A stretch of 63,485 nucleotides of DNA, the filler included, from Basidioascus undulatus (taxonomy: Eukaryota): NCBI GenBank assembly GCA_000826855.1. It is 11 parts of 11 records of this genome, joined end to end, with 100 filler letters (N's around TTAATTAATTAA, not from the genome) between each part and the next. Parts side by side here need not be neighbours in the genome. Positions count along the whole stretch, not along the records: positions 44,267 to 48,047 come from JTLS01002324.1; positions 48,148 to 51,925 come from JTLS01002325.1; positions 52,026 to 55,790 come from JTLS01002326.1; positions 55,891 to 59,638 come from JTLS01002327.1; 7 more parts are not named here. One strand, written 5' to 3'. The position numbers were made by a program, and so were the translations under genes. The notes below the pieces were generated by a model. The model was given only the letters and a program-made list of their open reading frames with translations, was not told the DNA's origin and made no database searches. Below, one piece after another: positions 44,346 to 56,448 of this stretch; within the stretch, counting starts at the first letter, position 1, and each line of letters begins with the position of its first letter.

Positions 44346-47323
44346 CGGTCATGAAAGGGGTCGCGAGCAACACGATGTACGGGGGGTTACGCGACGTAGG
44401 GCCGCTTGCTCTCGAGAAGACGCCGTAGAGGTTGGGTCAGTTTCTACGGTGTCTGAAGAGTGTCTCGATGCACCGCGGAAATCCTCCTCGGAAAGTCACT
44501 TTTTTATCCAAACAGAGCGCCCATATAATTACATTCACACAATATCTAAACAGGCCTAAGGAGCCAGACAACCTTACAACCTTACTCTTACCCTTAAAAA
44601 ACCTGTCGGCAGAGCATCTTTACTATACCAGATTAAAATAGACAGTATCACCTAACAAACAGATGCGTATACATCACAACGCCCGACGAGACCACTCATG
44701 GAGGCAGGTGCCGTCGACAGATTACGGTGCACCGCGGTGTCAAACTGCAGATACATTCCAGATGCCCTAAATAAGCAATGTTTGACTACTTGCAATTCGG
44801 TAGAGGACCTGTTGATCCTATCAGTTTGGACGGAACCACTAAGCCCGAAGCGCACGTCTGAGCTCGAGCGCGGTGGAAGTGAAGCAACCCGAAGCTACAG
44901 AGACGCTGAAGCATGTTGATATACTTATGGTAGACACAGGAGCTACTAAGTACCTGAATTTGCTTATTGAACGCCCTGTTTGCTATGTTGAATCACATGA
45001 TCGGGGAGAGCAGAAGCGGGGAGGACACTTCTGACAATGGAGTGCGCGGCGCCTGCAGACTGGTGGCAACCTGTACGCACGCCGATATGTCCTATGAACA
45101 AGGGAAGCCTGAAACAAGACCTTAAAGGCCCCCTACAGATTACCAATGTCCGCTAGACAGAACCTAAGCCCTTTATCCTCCGACTTTCACTACGCATTGA
45201 GCGTCCCAGATTGCGCGGGAGCGTTGAGGAGCATCGTCACGTCCCCCTTGCAAGTGTCTTCTGAAGTTGTTTCTGAGCCCTTGTTTTTTCAACAACTATG
45301 GGGTTGGACCTGAAAATCGTCAGACCCGGTCTGGCACCGCGCTGGGGAGCAGTGTCTCAACAGGCTGTAGCTGCATACCCACCTGCACAGTCACGCGGGA
45401 TCATGTGTCGAATGACCTGTGCGGTTCTGCGTAGGTGCTTCCAGCACACCAGGTCTGCGAACGCATGCGAATCTTGGGCGGCAAAGCACACTTGATCGGA
45501 TTCGGGACGAGCCTCTCTGCACATGGCACACCTCACACCTCGAACCCTTTTCCACCACTCATACTCTCATGCTCGCACTCTGCCACACTCAGGCACATTC
45601 AGAACTGTACGCCCTACCTCCGCAGCCCGTAACCGTTCGCCATGCTCCATGCTCCATGCTCCTCCCCCTCACGCCTCACGCGAAGCATCCACCTCAACCC
45701 TCGTTCTCCTCCGCCCACGCCTTCCCCTCCCCTTCGCCTTCCTCTCCCCAACTCTCCCAGCCAACTCTCCACCCTCTACCCTCAGAACCCCCACACACGA
45801 TGACGGTCATGCGGCGTTCGCACTGAAGAGAATGAGAAAAACGAGGCAGAGAGGAAGGAGGAAGCCACGTGGGAAAACGGGAAGCGGGCCGATAAGAGCA
45901 GCTGAAGCTTGCGGCCTTGCGCGAACTGACGTGATTTATGGGAGGGTGATTAGGGGGAGGTGATCTGCGTCATCGGCGGGATAGCACGCACTCCATTCTC
46001 CGCATCCTATCTCTACAACTGCCTAAGCCACAAGGAACAATCACACACATCGTTTGGCATGGGCTGTTCGAATTCGAAAGAAAGCGACAAGAAAGAGAGC
46101 GACAACCCTCACCGATAACGCTTGAAATTTGCATCCGACCCAAAAGCACGCACGCGCTCTTTCGAATAATGGGGGGTGTACCGCGAGGCGTCTGGGCCCT
46201 CTTGACTTTGCCGCGTGCCCGCGACTGCTCGCAGCGGCCCGCTCTCGCTCTCACCCCACCCACCGCTCACGCACGACTATCCAAGCGAACAACAGGACCC
46301 GACTTGGTCCGCCTTGGAGAGGCGCCACTACCTTCGAGACCCTTGACTTTATCGGCGTCTCGAGAGTTGGTCGCGGTTTGATACGCAGAGTGAGTAGTCG
46401 TGTGTCTGCGTTGGCGGAGAGGAGGGAGTGTCGGAGAGGAAGGGAGTGTTGGACTGGTGCTTTGGGTAGTGGATGCGATTGAGGGTGGCGTGCATGAGCT
46501 GGGCGTCGTCGAGCGTGAACGATGGAATGCGCTGGTGGGAGGGGGTGCTGCTCGCGCAGACCTTCTCAGGCGGCTGGCTATTGCTTTCGAACAGCCAAGT
46601 CTCCTACTCTCTTTGCATTCTCCACCCACTCCTCTTCAAACTCCAAACAACGCCCTTTCCCATCCCACGCGCGCCTCCCACCGTCCCGCTCCTTCCGTCC
46701 GTCTGAAACGCGTTCTTGACCTTCGCACAATTGTGCACATCTTCGCGGGCGGTGCACGCTAGCTGGGACCCGTATCCTCGGATCGGATTTTTTGAGGACT
46801 GTGCGGTGCTGGACTGGATTGGCTGGTTGGGAGCGAGTCCCGCCCGCAGCACGACTGACGATCCCAATCAGTCTCACTCGGATCCGCCGAAAGGGAGGTG
46901 GACGGTTAAGCTGACGGTGCTTCTTTGTCTTCCTCCTCTCGTACAGTCCAGCTTTATAATCCTCGCTTGGCCGAAACAGGCGCATTGAAATTGAAAAGGT
47001 GCGTTTCAGGTCTTGCACAGCCGAGCGAGCGGTGGGGGTGGACGCGGTACAGTGTTGCCCGTGAGCGCGGTGGGGTGTCTAGTGGACGCCCTTGTCCGCT
47101 CTGGCTCTATTGTGTGTCTTTCAGATCCGAATCGCCTTCATGCGTTCAATATCCCTGGCCCAGGCCGTTTGCTCGGGAGTAAGAGCCGAAGACTGGACTG
47201 AACTGACGCAGCTGCAGCGTGCCTGCCTTTCAGCTTCCGCCCTCCCACACCTCCTTCCACCTTTCACCAGCCCCTCCTTCCTTCCCTCCCTCCTCCTCCG
47301 CCCAGCGCCACTCGCCACCCAAT

Positions 47324-48047
47324 ATGCTCCGCCTCCCGACCTTCATGCACCCCCTCATCGCCCGGCGCGGCGAGCCCGCTGCGCCCCCCGAGGTATCTCG
47401 CACGCCCACGCCCCCCGCGCCGTCCACCCCAACGACTCCAACGTGCACCGCTCTCCGCTCCACCTCGCCCTCCCCCCTCCCCGTCCCGTTCCCGCCCATC
47501 CGCACCTGCTCCTCCCCGCCCTCGTCTGACAACACCAGCGACGACGACTCAGACCTGGACGCCTATCTCTCGCGCCTCTCGCCCTTTTCGCCCGGGCCCG
47601 AGCACCCGCCCGCGCGCGAGCCCGTCCACGGACTCGCTGACCCCCCCATGTACGGGCCCGAGATCGCACCTGGCGTCCGCCTCATCAGCGCGGACGAATA
47701 CGCCCGGCTCGCGGACGAGTACGCGCGCTCAGACGTCCCCGACCATGTAGTCTTTCCCTGGCTCCATGGCATCGACCTCGCCAACTACCTCCAGTGCGAG
47801 TACTACGGGTTCAGGCCGAGCAGGATGCCCGGCGCGCTCGCGCCCGCGCCGAGGTATGCGGGCCTGACGACCGTCATGTGCCACGATAAGGACGGTGCGC
47901 CATTCCCTCCCCGCCTCCCGCTTCCCTCTCGACTCTTACTGAATTAGCTCTCCTCGCGGGCTGCAGACCTTCCCTCCTCGCCTCCCTTTTCCGCTCTTTC
48001 CTGCACACCACTCGTCTCGGCAGTCATATTCACCGCTTTCTCGTATC
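47324..48047 (+). CDS. PPS1: 5' part of a PPS1-like dual-specificity protein phosphatase, truncated
   Basis: VRLISADEY...VPDHVVFPWLHGID..N..Q and PRYAGLTTV match the Pps1 N-terminal region. The catalytic HCx5R domain is not in the window. Confidence 0.7.
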
Positions 48048-48147
48048 NNNNNNNNNNNNNNNNNNNNNNNNNNNNNNNNNNNNNNNNNNNNTTAATTAAT
48101 TAANNNNNNNNNNNNNNNNNNNNNNNNNNNNNNNNNNNNNNNNNNNN
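48048..48147. other. Artificial contig spacer
   Basis: N44-TTAATTAATTAA-N44. Confidence 0.99.
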
Positions 48148-48997
48148 GCCCACCTCCCCCAGCACCCCCCGCGCCTGCGCCTCCTTCAGCGTCCTCCTCT
48201 CCCCACCCTCCACTCCCTCCTCCCGCACCTCAACCTCCAGCGGCGCCAGCAGCCTCCTCACCGCACCAGCCCACCACCTCCACCTCAAATTCGCGTCCCT
48301 CCGCGGGTCCAGTACGCCAAAGAGCTTGGCCTCCTCCGATGCGGGGTCCGCCGAGGGGGGCAGATTCGGGGGGGAGACGAGGTGCGGTTTTTGGGCGGGC
48401 TTAAATTTCGGGGGGTGCGCCGAGGAGGAGAGGAGGAGAGCGGAGAGGAAAGGGGGCGTGGAGGGGATGGGCGCGCGCGGGTAGAGGCGGGTCGTGGGCG
48501 CAGGGCGGGGGGTCGGGCGGGGGAGGACAGGCTGGAGTGGCCATCCCACAACACTTTCAGCACCTAGCTTGCTATTTGGGAAAAGAGAGATAGGAAGAGC
48601 AAAACGCACCTCAAGCAACTCCCACTTCCTCCTCCCCCACCGGCCCCACGCCCCACCCACAGCCCTCCGCATCTTCTCGCGCTCCCCCTTATTCGCACCC
48701 TCCAGAAGCCGCAGCGTCCCTCGCGCGCGCCTCACGCGCTTGTGCACATTCGGCCCGTGCGGCTCGAGGAGGATGCGCTCGACGTCTGAGCGCGCGCGGG
48801 CGCGGTAGAAAGTCCTGCGTCGGCGAGTGAGCGAGTGAGCACGGTGAGTTACAGAGGGACAGGAGGATTGGATGGGGGAGGAGGAGGGGAGAGACGCACT
48901 GGAGGTGATCGTCCGGTAACCGAGAAGATTGGCGGAGGAGGGAGCGGTAGAGCGCGCGGACAGAGGAGGCAGAGGGAGAGGCAGAGGAGGAAGACAT
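48148..48997 (-). CDS. Mitochondrial LYR-motif protein (Cup1-like N-terminus), 3' truncated
   Basis: VRALYRSLLRQSSRLPD/..FYR, LEGANKG...AWGRWGRRKWELLE and PPNLPPSADPASEEAKLFG..RRDANLRWRWW. Confidence 0.72.
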
Positions 48998-49132
48998 GAT
49001 GGAATTTGGACAACCGGTTTGAGCACGCGCCGATCAGCCGGGGCGGAGCGTCTTCCTTCTCCCTGCACCTCCATCTCCCTCTTTCCCTCGTATATCAACT
49101 TGTTGCTTAAGGGAGCGTGTTGATTAGAATCG

Positions 49133-50297
49133 ATGATGGGCCTACCCCACGCTCCCCCACTCACAGCGCACCTCGCCCTCCCCCTCCGCTCGTCCTTCCC
49201 GCACGCCAAACTGAAAGGATCCTCCGACGTCCTCCTCTACCCCTCCTCGACCCCCTCCTCGCGATGGATCCTTTTCATTCCGGGTGCGTTCTCCCCTTCC
49301 CTCTTTCCCCGACCTGCATTGGCTCGTCGAGTTAACGCCCGACTCGCCAGGCAACCCTGGCTTCATCTCGTACTACACCCCCTTCCTCTCCACGCTGCAC
49401 GCCGCGCTGCCACAGCACTCCATCCTCGGTCTTTCGCACGTCGGGCACACCCCGCAATTTTCTGCAGGGCAGGAAGAGGTGGTCGGCCTGCGGGCGCAGG
49501 TGGATGCCAAAATCGAGGTGCTGGATCGCTTGATCGAGGGCGGGGCGAGCGAGGTGCTCCTCATCGGGCATTCAGTGGGGGCATGGATCGCTTGCGAGGT
49601 GTGCCTTCCTTCCTCCCTCCCTTCCCTTCCAGGCACACTAACTCCCTCCTTCCCCCGACAGGTTCTCAAAGCCCGCCCAAACGCGATTCCTATGATCTAC
49701 CTCCTCTTCCCCACCCTCTCTCACATAGCCCAGACCCCCAACGGCCGGCGCCTGTCCCCCATCTTCCGACCCCTCCCCACTTTTCTCCTCTCCTTTCTCT
49801 CCCTCCTGCTCTCTCTCCTCCCTCCTTTCCTTCTCTCCCTCTCGCTCGCCCTCCTCCATCCCCACCCCGCCCGCGAAACAACCGCCTCCCTCCTCCGCTC
49901 CCCCCGCGCGGTGCGCAGCGCGCTCAGCATGGCGCGGGAGGAGATGTGGACGATCTGCGAGGTGGACGAGGCGTTCTGGGAGAAGTGGGGGTGCAGGGCG
50001 ACGCTGTATTGGGGGTTGGGTGATCGCTGGGTGGGCGGGGAGGCAAGGAAGTTGGAGGGCGTTTTTGAGCGGTTGGAGAAGGGGGGCAAGGGGCAGGCGC
50101 CGAGGAGAGTGTGGTGTGATGAGGGCCTGACACATGATTTTTGCATATGTGCGTTTTCTTTTCTTTTGATTTGGGAGAAGAGAAGAAGGCGGGGGAGCTG
50201 ATTTGGCGTGCGGTGGACAGTGCATGGACCGAGGATGGGCGAAAAGGTTGCGCAGTGGGTGGTCGACGGGATGGCGGCGGGGAAGAAGGGCGCATGA
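49133..50297 (+). CDS. LDAH: Lipid droplet-associated serine hydrolase (LDAH/YPR147C family)
   Basis: LFIP/GNPG...YY..FL, SHVGH, nucleophile IGHSVGAWI, LLFPTLSHIAQTPNG, DRWV and HDFC. Last exon ends at TGA 50295-50297. Confidence 0.88.
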
Positions 50298-50919
50298 ACA
50301 TGAATGCGTTTCGGGACCGGCATGGGCAGAAGGTCTGTTCGTGCGCGTTCGAAAGTCGGAATGACGAGGTCTGGTTCCTAATTTCTCTTTCAGCTTCTTC
50401 TGCACCTCGCGGATCGCTTGCGCGAGTTGAAGCGGGAATGCCACCGTTTCACGCGCACGCTCGCCGCTGGCTGCTGGCTGCAATCGGACGTCGTACGCGC
50501 GGATGCACGTTGTACTATTCGACATCCCGGATCGGCAGGGGAGACCCCCATATATTCGCTGCCTTAGCCCTCTAAACTCTCGAGCTTAAAGCTTTAATCG
50601 ACAGTAGTATGGAGCATGATCACGAAGTTCCGCTGTAACGAACTCAAACTAGGTTCCTTCCTTCCTCCCACGCTGCACGTCCATTTGGGCTATTCGTCGC
50701 TGTCACTCTTTGCACTGTGGGTTAGTGAGTTACCGGTCCTTAAAAGTACCTTGAGCCCCTCCCCATGCATCTGGCCCAATTCGAGGGGCTGCTGCTGCAC
50801 TCTCTTCTTTTCTCCATCTGCCGACCGCCTTTTGACCCATCTCCAGCGCTAACGTGCCCGTCCGCCCCCATCGCTCGCCTGCCCCTACCTCCGCTCAAGC
50901 TGCTTCCCCCCTTCCACGA

Positions 50920-51545
50920 TCAGGCAGTTAAACACTTCTTGAGTAACGGCGACGGGGGTTCTGGGATGGGCCGCGAGCTGCGAAAGGGATTCGAACGTGA
51001 ACCATAGGGCACAGATCTTTCTAGCCTTGAACAAGAGCAACCGATGCACTCAAGCCTGCAAAGCAACTCCAGATGCTCGCGGTTCCGCGCCAGCGCCTGC
51101 TGTGCCGCGAACGCTTCGCGGCGCGCTCTCAGATCTAACATCACCCCTCCGCACGGGTGCCAATCAATACCCCGCAGCGGTCTGAATCAATCCTGAACAC
51201 GTCGACGTACCACACCACCAGCAGTGAATCTTGCAGTTTCCAGTGCACATCCGCGAGGACGTTGCCGAGCGCCGCCAGCTTCCCGTCGCGGAGCGGGTCC
51301 CGCACGCCGGCGCGCTGGTCGTCCAAAAGGCGCGCCTTCTAAGCCTTCAGCTGGGCGTACACAGCCAAGATCGCCCGCCCCTCGGCGGCCCACTGCTCGT
51401 AGCTGAAGGCGCGGTAGAGCGCCTCGTCTTCCAGTGCCCACTTAGGTAGGGAAACGGCCGTGAGGCCGTTGCCTGCGACCGTCGGGACTGCTGTGGCCAG
51501 AGAGGCGATGAGGTCGGCGGGCCGAAGCGGGCTGGGGTGCATCAT
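50920..51545 (-). pseudogene. Probable decayed gene of unknown family; 3' limit uncertain
   Basis: GC3-rich frame from ATG 51545 interrupted by TAG at 51339-51341 (QLKA*KARLLDD), continuing in frame to 51141, then shifting to MLDLRARREAFAAQQAL. Confidence 0.45.
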
Positions 51546-51925
51546 GAGATTCAGTACAGAAAACGATAGGGGGAGGGAGGAGGTATTGAGGAAGGGCGAG
51601 CGAGCTATCGCAGCGGTTGGCTAGCGTACCGTTTCGGATGAAACTCCGTTTGCTTTCACTCAAAATGTGCATAGAGTAAGCGTCAGCTTCAAGCGCGTCG
51701 CACCCTCACCCCTTAGACATTAGTTTTTTCCTCCATACGGTCATATGAAGCCTCAACAAAGATGTACTGTTCTGTTAGTGCATCGGTGGGAACGGCTGGC
51801 GTGACTGGCCTGAATTAACCAAGTACTGCTTGGGACGAGGGCTGCAACAACCAAGATGCATTCTCCAAAACGAAAACAATGCCTACTGAAGACTATTCCC
51901 ACCCGCAGCTCGTCGTGCAGCTCAA

Positions 51926-52025
51926 NNNNNNNNNNNNNNNNNNNNNNNNNNNNNNNNNNNNNNNNNNNNTTAATTAATTAANNNNNNNNNNNNNNNNNNN
52001 NNNNNNNNNNNNNNNNNNNNNNNNN
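51926..52025. other. Artificial contig spacer
   Basis: N44-TTAATTAATTAA-N44. Confidence 0.99.
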
Positions 52026-52135
52026 ACAACGGCGGCATTCTCAATATCGCCCATTGGTACGGACTGTCCAACGGTCAAAAAGACTCGTTCGAGTCCTGCT
52101 GCTACAAGGGCGGCGCCGATGTTCACTGCTACTGA
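52026..52135 (+). CDS. C-terminus of a probable small cysteine-rich protein, 5' truncated
   Basis: NGGILNIAHWYGLSNGQKDSFESCCYKGGADVHCY* with C/G-ending codons. A GTGAGC donor follows one base after the stop. Confidence 0.55.
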
Positions 52136-52199
52136 GGTGAGCGCGCCGCGTCGCGACGCGAATCTGTGAGCAGAATGCGTCCGTGGTGCTCACGTCCTC

Positions 52200-54410
52200 G
52201 AACATATCCATCGACCTCCAGACCGATAATGCCTCGAGGCCTTCCGCTCGATAGAACGAGTGTGATGCTCTGCCGCCCTTTTCTTGTCAAGCATGTTTGG
52301 ATATGTACTCTGAAGTATCGCTACCATCTAGTCTCTTTCGATCCGCATTCTTCCTTCCCATCTCCGCGGCCTTGAAAATAATTACGGTTACAATAGGAAG
52401 TGACCGACCTGATCTTTCGATCCGCGTCGCCTGATTCATGCTCGCACCGTTTCTCTTCCTCCAGGCTCCGAAACCATAACAGACGACCGCTACGGCGTCC
52501 ACAGGTGATCGGATGGCCACGCTCCTTTATGAAATGATGTCGGCCATGAATACGAGGAATCGTCATGCTCTGCGTCTGACGCATCGCGAAGACCCGGGCG
52601 GCCTTCCGCTAGACTTTATTCATCTCACCGTTCAATATCGGAGCATGGACACCAAAGAGGAAATTTGTTCTGGACGGTCTGTGCAGCCTGGGCGAGAAAT
52701 GGACGACCTTATCCAGCAAGGGTCTGTCGAACGGGTCGACCATGGCGGAGCGAGCAGGAGGAACGTCGACGGTGGAAGACGGGAGTGGCTGGCGCCTTCT
52801 CCCTCCTTCCTCGCTTTTACCCTCTTCTCGTCCAGGTTTCTTACCCGAAGGAATGTTTCCTATGACGGCTCCGAGGGAACACACCTCGGTCCTCTCCAAA
52901 GCCACCGTAAACCCGTTCCAGCCACTCCAAGCTGACCATGCCGAATAATTGCCGAACGCCAGATCGCGCGTTTCCCCCTCATAACGTCGATACGTCGACC
53001 CCTTCTGCGTCGCTGACCTCGACGTCCCATGTCGCCTTACGCTCCGGTTCGTGCGCGACCGCGGTCGTGCGTTCTTGCTCGGGATTGATCAGTACGAGGT
53101 GGCTCTCGGGAGGCGGAGCGGAGAGAACTTAAGCGATTGTCAAGCGTTGCATGCCATACTCAACATAGGCGAGGATGAGGAGCGCTGTTATTCGCTCCAC
53201 CGCAGGAACTTGCAGCGCGCCTGAAAAAGGATGTTGGTTAGCGAGAGATAGTCGATCGACGGCGGGCGCGCGGTAAAGTTCGTGGCGATCGCGCATATGG
53301 CTGCGAGTAGCAGTTGCGACGCCGTAGAGAGCTGATGTTCGAGGAACGGGGAGGAGAGGAAGAAAATGGTGAACATGGGTGAAGAAAACCCAGACGCGGC
53401 AGAGAAATTAAAAAAGGGGCATGACTGAACTAAACCTCGCGCGCAGGAACACCCGCGCGGTGTGCTGTCGGGCCTGGTTGGGTGGAATTGGAGGGGTCAT
53501 GGACGCGGTGGGTTACAGGTGAGCTTGAGCATCTCAACAGCGAGACGCGCGTGCGTTTTCACGGAAGCGCCGCCCGATCCTTTTGAACTGACAAGCTTCA
53601 CTTTCGGGTCGCGGCTCGAGTGGGCCGACAGTGCAAGGGGGTCTGGCAGCTTTCAAGTATGAGCTGGGGACGCATCTCGCCCCCATAAAGACTGCAATTG
53701 GCATACCTTGGCATAGCGCCATGCTGGTCAGATTGGCCGCGGGTATTACAAAGACCCGCGCAACCGGGAAGTGCACATACGTTCGATACAAGCTGAGCCA
53801 GTTGGGGATTGGCCACTTTTTTCGAGTTGCTCCATCAATGACATCTGCTTCAGATCCATTCGCTCCATTTATCGCGGCGGGAGGTGGATGAAATGACTTG
53901 CTGCCTGACCTAACACTCATTCAAGATACTCACGCTGATCTTCGGCCGGATGTGCATTCCGGATCAGTCGTAAAAGCGGGGATCCGAATGCGGCCGGAGG
54001 TGACCGTCGTGAAGAGCGCCGTATGGGTAGAGATAGGTAGGGTGAGAGTATGAGCGGGAGAGCTGACATCCGTCTTCACCTCATCCGATGCAGAGGGTGG
54101 GGAGGTCGCGAGGCGGCGGTGAAGAGTTGTCTTGAGCGGAGCGGAGGCGGCGTCGACGGTGCCACCAAAAAAAAGCTGGAGGATGAGGCAGACCTCGGTC
54201 CGCCGTTTCTAAGGGACACACAAGTGACAGGCCAACGCAGAGGTTAGTTGCTGCCCTAGCTGCAATGGTTTTGCGATTATCGATCTGCCTGTCCAGCATG
54301 TCGGATAAAGCAACCCAAAAAGACAGGCTGTCTTTTGCTCTCACAGTGAGGGGCAAGTCAAAAGGACAGCAATGGGCTTTTTGCAACGTGCAGTTGCTAA
54401 GCCTGAAAGG
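52200..54410 (-). pseudogene. Possible decayed Zn2Cys6 fungal transcription factor; limits approximate
   Basis: LLLAAICAIA (about 53285-53315) and post-acceptor ALQVPAVERITALLILAYVEYG (about 53153-53218) resemble the middle homology region. NCTLQKAHC and CVGLSLVC have Cx6C spacing upstream. Many stops. Confidence 0.35.
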
Positions 54411-55214
54411 CAGGCTCTCTTTCCAGCAAATGTAAGGCATCTACTGGCTCAAATTTTGGTAGGCCCCGCCTATAGGTGACCCGGCGTACGGATCCAGACA
54501 GGGACACGACACGCGCCTCAAACAGGATGCGTCACGGCATGCCTTACCGGCATCCTTAGAAGAGCAAGCCTTCCTCCGATTGGTACTTCTTGAGGAGGTA
54601 CCAGCGCTATTCCAATCCTAGCCAGAGTGCCTGTCGCGGGAGTTCCCCAGACGCTCCGTCCGGATCGGTAGAAGTACTTCGCGACTGGAGTCTGAGAGTG
54701 CGCTCTGGCATTCGAGCACCCAGAGGTCCGAATCCCCATGTCAGGTGCCTGAGCGATATACTGCATAGCGGAAATGCGCACGACCGCTCAATTGGGAATG
54801 TTTTATGTCCCTGAGATGATCTGCGTGTTCTGGTCGTTCTCTGGCATGCAGAGGTCTCCCAGGCATGCTCGTGCTTGTTCAGCACAGTTGGCGGGCATGG
54901 TTGGCGCTGAGCAAGGAGAAAAGCTTGCGTGCGTACCACGTTTCGGAATGAGATTGTTGTACCTGTTTGAGCGGGCAAAACATTCAACTGACGATAGCCT
55001 CGCTCGATCGCGACAGCTGTTTCCAGGAGTGCAGTAGTCCTGCAGAATGTCGGACTTCACAGGCTTGTCATAGTTTACTGCTGGTATCCGGTCAGCGCGT
55101 CAATTGAAAACCAGCACATATTTAATGAGTTTCAGTCACGACGGCGGACGCGCGTTTGCTTGATAGGCACGTCGAAGACCCCCAATGCTTCCATGATAAC
55201 GAACCTCCGCCCCT

Positions 55215-55790
55215 CTACTTCCAGAACACGCTCACAAGCCACCCCACATACAGCACCAATATTCCCCACCCCACCCATCTCCGAAAGCCGTCCAACCAAA
55301 CCACCGCGCCCAATATCCCCGCTAGACGGGAGCATGACAGCCACATCGCCCACCCGCAAAGCAGACCCCGTCTCCGCCGGCGCAGTGAGGAGCGTGATGC
55401 CGAGCACGAGACTGAGCAGAAACACATTGCTTCCCACTGTGTTGGCGACAAGCACACCGCGTTGTCCACGCGCGCCGGCGTATACGGCGACAAGCTTTTC
55501 GGGCAGGGTCGTCGAGATCGAGAGCAGGGTGAGGCCAAGGAGGGACTGGTCGAGATGCAGAAGAGTAGCAATCGCAGAGACGCTCGATGAGAGGAGGTAT
55601 CCGGAGATCGAGAGGAGGAGTGTGCCGAGAAGGAGGGACGCGAGCAGGCGCGCAAAGGAGGGACATCGTCGAAGGCGCTCGCGAGGGGGAAGGAGTTGGG
55701 AGGTTTCGGATGCCCCACTGGGTGGTGTATGAGGCGCTGCTTGAGAGTATAACCCTCATTCAGAAAAGAAAGGGGGGGGAGGGGGCCCAA
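55215..55790 (-). CDS. 3' half of a sodium/calcium exchanger (CaCA) family gene with one apparent frameshift
   Basis: LGLTLLSISTTLPEKLVAV..G.RGQRGVLVANTVGSNVFLLSL (alpha-2 repeat). The final helices ILGAVVW..RRWVGWGILVLYVGWLV* are out of frame after a G run near 55317-55320. Confidence 0.8.
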   Translation of the reverse strand: MGPLPPLSFLNEGYTLKQRLIHHPVGHPKPPNSFPLASAFDDVPPLRACSRPSFSAHSSSRSPDTSSHRASLRLLLFCISTSPSLASPCSRSRRPCPKSLSPYTPARVDNAVCLSPTQWEAMCFCSVSCSASRSSLRRRRRGLLCGWAMWLSCSRLAGILGAVVWLDGFRRWVGWGILVLYVGWLVSVFWK

Positions 55791-55890
55791 NNNNNNNNNN
55801 NNNNNNNNNNNNNNNNNNNNNNNNNNNNNNNNNNTTAATTAATTAANNNNNNNNNNNNNNNNNNNNNNNNNNNNNNNNNNNNNNNNNNNN
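55791..55890. other. Artificial contig spacer
   Basis: N44-TTAATTAATTAA-N44. Confidence 0.99.
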
Positions 55891-56223
55891 CCCGACCGGC
55901 CGGCCCATCCCAACGTCCCATCGTACATACAAGAACCATGCGCCAGCCAAACGAGCGGATTTGAACTCGTAAAGAGAAAGCGAGAGAGAGGGGAGTGCGC
56001 ATGGGGGTTGACATCAAGTCGCGAAACAGAGTGTGGAGTGCAGAGGAGGGAAGGCATGCGTTGCGTGAACAGAGAGGATAGAAAGGAAGAAACTGGAGCT
56101 CAAGAAGTCGAAAGCTAGTTTTGGGGTGGGAAGCGGAGAGGTATGCAGTGGGGGCCGGGACCTCCTGCGGAGGCAGCGTTGCACGGAGTAAGCGGGAAGA
56201 CAAGGAATATGCAGCTATGTTTA

Positions 56224-56280
56224 TGTGGTGTGTGTGTGGTGTGGTGCGCTGTGTATGTATGTGTGTGGGTGATGTGATGG
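56224..56280. repeat. Imperfect (TG)n microsatellite in the 3' region of the PUF gene
   Basis: TGTGGTGTGTGTGTGGTGTGG...TGTGTATGTATGTGTGTG. Confidence 0.6.
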
Positions 56281-56448
56281 CGTGCATTGCGGAGCGAAGG
56301 GCGAGAAAAGAAAAAATGTAAACGGAGCAGGAAAGAGAACCGAACTGTCCAGCGGGCAGGGGTAGTAAAGGTAGAAACAACTAATATGTGCTTAATAGAA
56401 GCCCCGCGTGGCCGGCGAAAGGGGGAAGACGAGGAGCTGGTGGGTGCT

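Noticed and set aside
44400..47200. Mobile element or ncRNA upstream of PPS1
   Set aside because: No recognisable motifs or repeats; consistent with intergenic and 5' UTR sequence.
33520..51341. TAG recoding suggested by two in-frame TAG codons (33520, 51339)
   Set aside because: Both genes also carry frameshifts, and TAG is the normal stop in RPC1, RNH202 and VFA1.
53942..53998. Imperfect CGG-rich inverted repeat as a hairpin or MITE
   Set aside because: Pairing needs several gaps, and there is no target-site duplication or second copy in the window.
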